The notes under the pieces: generated by a model | What the model was told of the DNA's origin: nothing | Database searches by the model: none | The model's input: only the letters and a program-made list of their open reading frames with translations | Source of the DNA: Candidatus Omnitrophota bacterium | Lineage (GTDB): Bacteria > Omnitrophota > Gorgyraeia > B26-G9 | Assembly: GCA_043805415.1 (NCBI GenBank) | Contig: JAZDHZ010000034.1 | Coordinates: 101,478 to 165,477 of the forward strand | DNA: 64,000 bases | Direction of reading: 5' to 3' | Shown: positions 27,177 to 35,600 of the stretch, one piece after another | Layout: every line of letters begins with the position of its first letter | How positions within the stretch are numbered: position 1 is the first letter of the stretch | Translations under genes and position numbers: made by a program

Positions 27177-27258
27177 AGGGATACGAAGACCAGAATCGCC
27201 TTATCCCCTAAGGTGATTATTGGCCCCTACTTCCCCTGTCTTCGTATCCCTATTTTTT
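27177..27258 (+). ncRNA. Structured leader RNA element, copy B (outer stem AGGGAUACGAAGAC/GUCUUCGUAUCCCU, same CCCCUACUUCCCC core, U-tail) ending 5 nt before the RBS of the 27275 gene
   Basis: See copy A. The terminator-like hairpin plus U-run is immediately followed by the AGGAAGG RBS and ATG. Confidence 0.4.
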
Positions 27259-27274
27259 AAAAAGGAAGGTTTAA

Positions 27275-28969
27275 ATGCATTGTATTTTTTTAAAAAACTT
27301 AGCAAGAGGATTGTTAGTTAATACTGGTTTGCTTGGTTTGCTGGTATTAGCGCAGCTGGTATTACCAGCAAGTTATTTGCACGCGCAGCAAAGCACTAGT
27401 TTTCTCAGCACCAAGATAGAAACATTGGAAGGCCCGAAGCTAAAGAAAACCGCCAAAGTAGAGCAAGTACTGAGGAACCTGGATATTCCCGCGGAATTAG
27501 GGTTTATTAAAGAAATCCACGTGCCCAAGACTCCGACAGAAAAAATGATCATCAATATCCAGGATCTGCATTGTAATTATAAAGCCCAGAAAAACATAGC
27601 CGGCATACTTGAATATTTAACCCAGACCTATGGCTTAAAACTAATCAGCGTAGAAGGCGGATCCGGGAAAATTGATACCAGTTTTTATCAGGATTTACCG
27701 GATGAAAAAATCAAAGAACAAGTCGCGGATTATTTTTTACGCGAAGCCAGAATAAACGGCACAGAATACTTTGCCATTACCACTGATCGGTTGATCCGCT
27801 TATATGGAGCGGAAGATGAAAAATACTATGATAAAAACCTGGACGCGTTTATGCGGGCCCTGCCGGCAAGGGAAATTATTCTGGAGACAATCGCTGTATT
27901 AGAAAATGATCTGAACATTCTAAAAAACAAAAGCTATAATAAAAAGCTCAGAGAACTTGATGATCATATCGTGGCCTATGACAATGGAGAAATGGGATTT
28001 GAAGACTATATCCAATACATATCCAGATTATCCGCGGAACAAAACGTAAAGCAGGAATTTGACCAGGTAAACCAGCTGGTAGAAAGCATTAAATTCAAAG
28101 ACTCGATAAGCATAGAAAAAGCCGAAGCCCAGAGAAAAGAACTGATTGATCATCTGACCAGTAATTTGTCTCGATACGAGATGGAAGAATTTTTAAAAGC
28201 AACCGTAGAATATAAAGCAAAAACCATGGACAATCTGACCTATCACAGCACCTTGCAGAAACTATACAATCAAATGGATAAAAAGAGCCTGACTTTAGAT
28301 CGGAAATGGCCGGATTTAAATGGATACATTGAATACTTAAAAAGACATGAGACCTTGGATAAATTCGCTTTATTTACCCAGATCGACAAACTAGTGGAAC
28401 GGATAAAAAACAGTTTATATACCAGCTATACGCAAAAGACATTAGATTATAATTTAAAGATCGTCAGACTAGCCAGAAGCTTATTTTCCACCAAGCTGCT
28501 GAATAAAGATCTAACTTTAGTCAGCAAATACCACACAGACTTTAATGCTAAAAAGATGAAGACATATATTCAAAAAGAAGCCAAGCGGTTAAAGCTTGAT
28601 TTAGCTATACCGGATGATGAGCGGTTAAAGCAAATGGAAGAGACTTTACCGGCAGTAGAAGATTTTTATCGCTATGCTTCGAAGCGCAATGATATCCTGG
28701 CCAATAATACTTTGGACGGCATGGCTAAAGAAAACGAAGACATCGGAATCCTGATCACCGGAGGATTTCATACTGATGGTATAACCGATTACTTAAAAGA
28801 CAAAAGAATAACTTATATTGTAATCGTGCCCAAGATCGAAGAGCTGGAAACAGATGATACCCGCTATATTAATGCTTTGCAGGGCAAGAAAACGCCGTTT
28901 GAGGAAATGATTGAAAAAGAAGATAAATCAGCAGTAACTCCAGAAACTGCTGATTCAGCAACCCCTTGA
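27275..28969 (+). CDS. Hypothetical secreted protein (564 aa)
   Basis: Signal peptide LLGLLVLAQLVLPASYLHAQQ. AGGAAGG RBS 6 nt upstream. No recognisable catalytic motifs. Confidence 0.5.
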   Translation: MHCIFLKNLARGLLVNTGLLGLLVLAQLVLPASYLHAQQSTSFLSTKIETLEGPKLKKTAKVEQVLRNLDIPAELGFIKEIHVPKTPTEKMIINIQDLHCNYKAQKNIAGILEYLTQTYGLKLISVEGGSGKIDTSFYQDLPDEKIKEQVADYFLREARINGTEYFAITTDRLIRLYGAEDEKYYDKNLDAFMRALPAREIILETIAVLENDLNILKNKSYNKKLRELDDHIVAYDNGEMGFEDYIQYISRLSAEQNVKQEFDQVNQLVESIKFKDSISIEKAEAQRKELIDHLTSNLSRYEMEEFLKATVEYKAKTMDNLTYHSTLQKLYNQMDKKSLTLDRKWPDLNGYIEYLKRHETLDKFALFTQIDKLVERIKNSLYTSYTQKTLDYNLKIVRLARSLFSTKLLNKDLTLVSKYHTDFNAKKMKTYIQKEAKRLKLDLAIPDDERLKQMEETLPAVEDFYRYASKRNDILANNTLDGMAKENEDIGILITGGFHTDGITDYLKDKRITYIVIVPKIEELETDDTRYINALQGKKTPFEEMIEKEDKSAVTPETADSATP

Positions 28970-29257
28970 TTTATTTTTTAAGGCTTATGAATATATCTTT
29001 ATATTTAGCAGTAAGTTAAGCGTTTTAAGCTAAAGAGTAAATACTGGCGGGAAATTTAATAATGTGGTATAATTTACCAGCTTTTTTACGGTTTTATAAT
29101 AGTGCAAGTAATTGAATATTAAAAATTAACAGCATTTTATTGCTGAAATAGTGATTATTTTATATTGCTACTTGTAGTGATTCTAAAAAAAAATAGAATG
29201 ACGAAAAGGTAGTGATTTATTCATTTTTATTTATTTACTTACCAAAAGCAAGGGAAA

Positions 29258-32200
29258 ATGAATTATAAACAGAAATCAAAATTCAGGCTGATATTTAGAG
29301 TCATTGCCAGCGTGCTTTTACAGGCATTTTTATTTACAAATTTTGCCTGGTGCGGTGCTGATCAGTTTATTCAAGGCAATACTGTTTGCGCGCCGGCAAT
29401 TAGCAGTACAACTATTTCTCCCGCGATCCAAGTCACTGAAGCTTCAATTCAAACTCTTTTTGTTCAATCCGCCGCGTTCCAAATGGGCAAAAGAGCAGAG
29501 TTTAAAGGCCTTGATTCTTTAAAGCAGGCAGAAGTGGAAAATGCTTTAGGCGATAAATTTAGTTTAAGCCTGAATCTAAAAGGAAAGCTAAACACCGCGT
29601 CAGTTATTCAAAATATCGAAAAAAGAACAGATATCAAAGCGGATTATAAGAAGATCCTAAACGCGATGATCCTTGAATTCGGCAAACTGGATGTTAAGTT
29701 CTATTCATATGAGACATTAGTTGAGGACTTGTTCGGGTTTGCTTCTGCTGGCAATAAGATGATCGCGATTCATTCCTCGGTATTCAGTAATCCGATTGCT
29801 CAGACGCATGAAATCGGGGAATTCTTAGCGCAAGCAGGAATGCTGAATTTTTCGCTTGGCCAGGATGACCAGCTATTGATCAGCTTAAATGGCAGTTTAA
29901 TCGGCAGGATAAAATTATCGGAAGATGCTTTGGCAATCGCGAAGAAAGATCCGTCCAGTAACCATTATTTGCTGCGGGCTTTTCAACGGGAGGTTTTTCA
30001 GGATAAGGATCGGGCTTTAACCGCTGGGATTAAAAACAAGCAGGGGGATTTATCTTCCGCGATGAAAATTTTTCTTAAAACCATAAATGCTGAGACTGGA
30101 AACAAAGTTGAAGCAAGTATGTCTTTGTCTAAACTTAATGACCCGATGTTCGAGGCGCTGTTTAAAGATATTGAGTTTAATCGGTTTTCCGAAAACGATG
30201 CGGCAAAATTAAAGATAGCGATACTATTGCAGAATAACATTGCTATTGAGCCTATTGCTGAACCCTTGCTTCAAGAGTGCGGGATGCTGAATAAGGAATC
30301 CGCTGATCTTTATGAAACCATATTCCCGGCTGCGGGAACTCCTGGTTTTAGCCCAAAAAAATTATTCGCGAAAGAAAATGTTAATCCGGATAATCTGCAT
30401 CTTATCTTTGAATTAGCTAAGCGCTATAGTCCGATTAAAGCGTTTAGCGATAAGTTAGACAGAATCTACCGCGAGCTTGCCTTATACACATTGCCGGTAA
30501 GTCCGGGAGCAAGATATCATATATCTTTGCTTAAAGATCTAAACAGTATTTTATTGTCCGGAGGACGGATTAAAGAATCAAAGCACTCGCTTAGCGGTCA
30601 GGGTGTTTATTTCTTTGAAATGGGAAATTCCGGCTTAGTCAATGCGCAGACACGCTTAGCTGAGTTTTTCCCTTTTATCTCCAGCTCGCCGCATGATCTG
30701 GCAGATGCGGATTATGTGGTTAAGGCGTTCAGGCAAAAGATTGCCCGAGACGCGAAAGATAATGCCCGGATATTCCCGGTTGTAATCCAGGTTGCTGAGG
30801 ATATCCCGGCTGAAGCTGCGATGGGCTGGGCTTTTCGTGAGGATTATAAAAAGGCGGGAAAGCTTATCCGCGATGAACTTAATGCCCAAGAGTATGAATT
30901 TTTAATCAACCTGAATTATTTATATCTTAGCGAGAACCAAGCGGTTAAAAACCATTTGCTCGCGAAAAATATTATTAGAGAAGAAAACGGGATAATCAGG
31001 CTGGTTGATGCTTCGCGGGCGATTCAGGATGAAAACAAAAAGAATACGGGTTGGGCCAGAATGAGATTTGCTGACTTGCGTTATGAAGTGATCAATCTTT
31101 CCTACACAAAGCTGGATAGTGATATCCAGAAGCTTAGCGCCAAGATGGCTCAATTACTCCAGAATCTTCTCGCTGATAAAATGAGCGTATCTTCGGTTGT
31201 GGATACAGGCTCATCAAATCGCGGGCTTACTGTGGAAAATCCGGATTTTGATTTTCTGATTAAAATTAATTCCCCAGAGGATTTTACGGCAATTGTTAAG
31301 CTGCTGCTTGATGAAAAAATATTAGAAAATTTTCTCAAGGAGCATAAAGCTGCTTTTGAAGCGATCTATGGCGATAAGTCCGTGAGTATTGTCACCGAAC
31401 AGCCGCATGCCGTAGGCAAAGGCAATTTATATTTGTTTCCGTTTAAATTTGTCGCGGCTAACCGGATTGTCGGCGGGGTTGATTTTAATTTTTCCAAGCT
31501 TTCAGCGGGAAAAGCCGAGACTTTGAGCTATCACGAGACAGCGCGGCAGCAGCTGCAAGCCATACTGGATAAAGTTCCCGAAGCAGAACAAAAACAGCTT
31601 TCCCGCTATCTTGCCGGAGAAATTAAAACCCTTAAAAAATTAATTATAAATCAGGGTTTATATAAAGATAAGGATACAAAACGAAATAGATTTATCGGCG
31701 TGGCAGTAGAACAAATGATCTACAATCTCAGCGATTATCTGTCTATGCCAAGCAATATTTCCACTGCTGAAATTAAGAGCATATTTTCAATAAAAACCGC
31801 GCTTTATTTAATCAGCCGGATGGAAAGCGAAAGATTAAATGGTCTGTCATTTTCTCTGTATCAAAGAGCAAATGGAAGCGGGTTTTCTAATCAATCGGTA
31901 AAATACGATTTAAGGGATAATGAAAAATCAGTTATCCCTAAAGTTGGGACGGCTTTTGCCGGTTTTAAAGAGTTTTCAGAAGCGGAAAATGCCGGAGTGA
32001 AAAATAAAATTAAAGGATTAATAACTGATTTTATTAGCCGGCCGGGGAATAAGGTAAAAATTATTGAGTTTTTTGCCAGGTACAATAATGAAGTTGACGC
32101 GGCGATTGCTTTAGGTCAGGCGAAACCTTTTAGTAACTGGGAATTTTTTGAAAGATGGGAATTCACGCACCGGTTTTTTACTCTGCATAAAACAGAGATT

Positions 32201-32560
32201 GATATATTCGCGATAGATAAGACTGATATGTCTCAGGACGCGAAGCTGAAAATAGCGGAAATGATCAACGGATTAAAAGCCGGGATAACTGAGTCAATGG
32301 GTGTGAGTGAAGATAAAATTACCGGTCGGGAAATCACGCGGTGGTTTAAAACTCCTTCTTCGCGGAATAAGCAGCTGAGAGATTTTTATTTTCAATATGG
32401 GGCAATAACAGCAGAACCTATATCCATCCTGGGTTTTGCTGGGTTTTTAATGAATATTCCGGCATTGCGTTCGGCAGCTGATGCTGAGCGAAAAGCGGCG
32501 CCTTTAAGCGGTATTATAAACCGCAAGCCGCTCGAACAATTAGTCGGACAGTCAATATGA
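29258..32560 (+). CDS. Giant-family secreted protein (1100 aa) with a Pol-beta-type nucleotidyltransferase motif
   Basis: Leader MNYKQKSKFRLIFRVIASVLLQAFLFTNFAWC then TTISPAIQV. VVDTGSSNRGLTVENPDFDFLIK (about 31195-31260) matches hG[GS]-x10-DhDh of the minimal nucleotidyltransferase fold. AAGGGA RBS. Extended -10 TGTGGTATAAT at about 29064-29074. Confidence 0.6.
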   Translation: MNYKQKSKFRLIFRVIASVLLQAFLFTNFAWCGADQFIQGNTVCAPAISSTTISPAIQVTEASIQTLFVQSAAFQMGKRAEFKGLDSLKQAEVENALGDKFSLSLNLKGKLNTASVIQNIEKRTDIKADYKKILNAMILEFGKLDVKFYSYETLVEDLFGFASAGNKMIAIHSSVFSNPIAQTHEIGEFLAQAGMLNFSLGQDDQLLISLNGSLIGRIKLSEDALAIAKKDPSSNHYLLRAFQREVFQDKDRALTAGIKNKQGDLSSAMKIFLKTINAETGNKVEASMSLSKLNDPMFEALFKDIEFNRFSENDAAKLKIAILLQNNIAIEPIAEPLLQECGMLNKESADLYETIFPAAGTPGFSPKKLFAKENVNPDNLHLIFELAKRYSPIKAFSDKLDRIYRELALYTLPVSPGARYHISLLKDLNSILLSGGRIKESKHSLSGQGVYFFEMGNSGLVNAQTRLAEFFPFISSSPHDLADADYVVKAFRQKIARDAKDNARIFPVVIQVAEDIPAEAAMGWAFREDYKKAGKLIRDELNAQEYEFLINLNYLYLSENQAVKNHLLAKNIIREENGIIRLVDASRAIQDENKKNTGWARMRFADLRYEVINLSYTKLDSDIQKLSAKMAQLLQNLLADKMSVSSVVDTGSSNRGLTVENPDFDFLIKINSPEDFTAIVKLLLDEKILENFLKEHKAAFEAIYGDKSVSIVTEQPHAVGKGNLYLFPFKFVAANRIVGGVDFNFSKLSAGKAETLSYHETARQQLQAILDKVPEAEQKQLSRYLAGEIKTLKKLIINQGLYKDKDTKRNRFIGVAVEQMIYNLSDYLSMPSNISTAEIKSIFSIKTALYLISRMESERLNGLSFSLYQRANGSGFSNQSVKYDLRDNEKSVIPKVGTAFAGFKEFSEAENAGVKNKIKGLITDFISRPGNKVKIIEFFARYNNEVDAAIALGQAKPFSNWEFFERWEFTHRFFTLHKTEIDIFAIDKTDMSQDAKLKIAEMINGLKAGITESMGVSEDKITGREITRWFKTPSSRNKQLRDFYFQYGAITAEPISILGFAGFLMNIPALRSAADAERKAAPLSGIINRKPLEQLVGQSI

Positions 32561-32602
32561 ATATTCTCTAGGGCAATATGATTGGGTAAATGGAACAAGA
32601 TA

Positions 32603-35600
32603 ATGAATTATAAAAAATCAAAATTCAGGCTAATCTTTAGAATAATCTCATTAGTGCTTATCCAGGCATTTCTGGTGCTTGATTTTGCCTGGGCAATAGG
32701 CGGAGAATTTCCTATTGCTGATAAAATTTCTCAGGCTGCTACGCTTGCCCCGAAAATTAGTTTAAACACTCAGGAAGTCTGGGATGCTTATGTTTACAGT
32801 TCGCAAAATTCAGCTAAGATCAATGAACTTTCCTTACCTTCTGATCAGCCGATGGTTAATATTCCCAACCAATCTCCCCTGATCAGCCGGAGAGCGTTTT
32901 TCAAAACTGTTGGGCAAAAGGTTATTGGGGCTGCCGCGGTATTAACCGGAGCGGATCTGATATTGTCGGCGCCGGCAGAAGCCAGAGACTTAACCGTGGC
33001 TTTAAGCGATTTAGTGATCAATTTTGATAAAGGGGTTGCTGAAGCGGAGTTAAATAAATATATCGCGATTATTGAAGCTCAGGGTTTTAAAGAGTTATAC
33101 AGTTTAGAAAAAAAACAAGCGCAGACATTAATCAGAATTAAGGGGTTATTCCCGCTGAACGCGGAAAAATTATCTTACGCGCTTAATGCTCAGGCTAAAG
33201 CCAGAGGTCTGGCCAAAGGGTTTGTGGTCACAGCTAGTGACGCGAGCTGGAAGCAATCGCTTACTTATCGGAGCATGCAGGCTTTTGCGAATAAAGTAGC
33301 GCGTCTTTCAGCCAGCCTGGGATTCGGGGAGATCGATTCTCCGCAGCTTATTGGGCTTTATGAGGGGATTACCTGGGTTGAGAGTAAATTTAACCAATGG
33401 GAAACCGATGCCCAGGGCAGAATCAGACCAGTAAGGTCATATACCAATGCTATCGGAGTTACCCAGGTTATAGAATCTCAGGCTGTTAAGCAGATTGCCA
33501 GGTGGATAGTAACGCATAAGGGTGGAATATCCCGCTACGCGGAAATCATGAATGAGCTGGAAAGAATGATTTCCTCTGATAGTGAAAAGCTAAAGAAATC
33601 ACTCAAGGCGAATAAGAAATTCGGGGAAGAAGCCGAAGCCCTGAAACAGTTTAATGTCTATGCTGATTTCGCGGCTTATAAAAATGCCGGATCAGATATT
33701 GAAAAACAAAAACAGATAATTCAACGAATTCACAGAAAGATCAATAGTAATCCTAAGCTTATCGGCGTGAATTTATATTACGCGCTTGCTGTTTGGCAGT
33801 ATTTACAAAACAGGAATAATCTGCGAGCGGGAGTTACCGCTGAGCTTGCCGAATCAATGGGGCAAACCGGACAAGGGCTGACCAGAAAAAATCTTCCGCT
33901 TATTGAATCCGGTTCCGGGGCATATCAGCCAATGGATCTGGAAAAAGCCGGCTTGCAGTTTGAGAGTGATTATTTCCGCTTAAATCTGCTTTATCAAATG
34001 ATTAATCCCGAGAAGATTGCTGAGCTTTTGCAAGGCGCGGAAAGTAAAATATTAGTCAACACCATGGAATACTTATCGCGGCAGATGATGACAAAAATAG
34101 GCAACCAAAAGCTTGGCTATACTTATCTTACGCTGAACTGGGATCGATACCGCCGCCTGGAACTAAGGAAAAATAAAAATAATCAATATGAGTTTACCGA
34201 AAGGCCTTTAAGTTATTTTCAAAATAAGCCTAATGGTTTTTCCGTGAGTCTTGCCGCGGCAGCTTCATATAATTCCGGGACTGGCAGTGTGGACGATGCT
34301 TTGCTGAATTTTGGTAATGCCGTAGACGCGAATAATCTTCCCTTATGGATTAAAAATATGATCGGAGCCAATCCCCAAAATATTCGGGAGCCGATAAATT
34401 ATTTAAGGGTTTTTCTGGAAGATAAGTTTAATAATACCGGAGATCTCTCGGCCCAAGAGCAAAAAATTAAAAACGAGCTTATTGCCGAACGCTATAAACG
34501 CGTTTATAAAATCCAAGACCGATTGCTGGAAAAAAGAGCTTTAATCCACAAAAACAAGGTTCGGATATACGCGGCTTATCGGCGCGATGATGGTTTTGAT
34601 TATAAGCTGGCTGCCTGGGTTGCCCAGATCGCGGGCAGTGATTATGTGGATAGTTTTTTAAGAACCCATGGATTGGATAAAAAATGGCAAGAGGAAATTC
34701 TTAAATCTTCCCAGACACTTGATATTTTAGCACCGGCTTTGGCAGATGTGAATTCGCCGGGATATGCTGCCGCGGTAAATATCCGGCGGTATTTAGATTC
34801 AAAACAGCTGGCTTCTTTGGCTAAGCGGCAAGAAGCCTTTAAGTCTAAAGAACAGGCCCGGATCGCGAGAATTGAACTGGCTAAACAAATATCTAAGGAA
34901 AAACAATGGCAGAAAACCCTGGAGGGAATGACCAGCTGGGCAATGCGTTCCACGGTCGGGGTTGCTTCGCTTGGCGCGGCCGGCGCGATTGCCTGGATTA
35001 TAAACCGCAGGGTCAAGCTGGGTAAAAAACCAGTGCCTTCGCTTATCTATCGGCTGCCATTGCAGGGTTTTTGGATTCTGGGATTTGTTACTGTCCGGCT
35101 GTTCGCGATAGTTGGAAAAATTCTGTTTGGAACCGGTAAATATGTATTCAGCTTTTTTGCTAAAGCAAAACCGCGGATAAATAAACCAAGAAGCGCGCTT
35201 CTTGCCGATCAAAAGGTAGTTAGAAATAACCGGGTTAAACAAGCGGAAAACAGATATAAAAATAAGAACCGCTTTTTTTCAATAGCTAATTTAAAAAAAC
35301 TGATTCTGGGATCAATCTTACTGGCAATAATTGCCTGGCCTTTTGCTTCCCCGGCTTTTTCTCACGCGTCGCAAAAGCAGGCACAAGCTCCTCCGGCAAT
35401 TAGTTTAAGCCAAGAATTTAAAAAAGGCTTAATTGAAATCAGTAAGAAAAGTGACCATAAGCAGCTGAATGCTCAGGGCGAGCTTACCACAATAAAAGCT
35501 AATTTAAAAAAGAATCTTGAATTCAGCAATAGCAAAGCCCGGGAAAGGGTAGAGCAGATCAATCAGTTAGCGGAAAGAAATTGGCAAAAAGCGTATGTTA

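Noticed and set aside
32582-32602. Longer N-terminal extensions suggested by the ORF track (TTG/GTG starts at 32582, 11120, 58632, 61129, 59712, 4470, 3027)
   Set aside because: Internal ATG starts align with homologs (queE, rph, the fumarase alpha subunit, the giant-family leader MNYKK...) or follow the upstream stop codon. The extensions overlap upstream genes or lack RBSs.
34642-35242. Minus-strand ORFs inside the giant genes (e.g. 34642-35016, 34799-35242, 8368-9183, 21046-21495, 40396-40642)
   Set aside because: They are fully embedded antisense to long, motif-rich plus-strand CDSs. They lack RBSs and recognisable domains, and are typical spurious ORFs.
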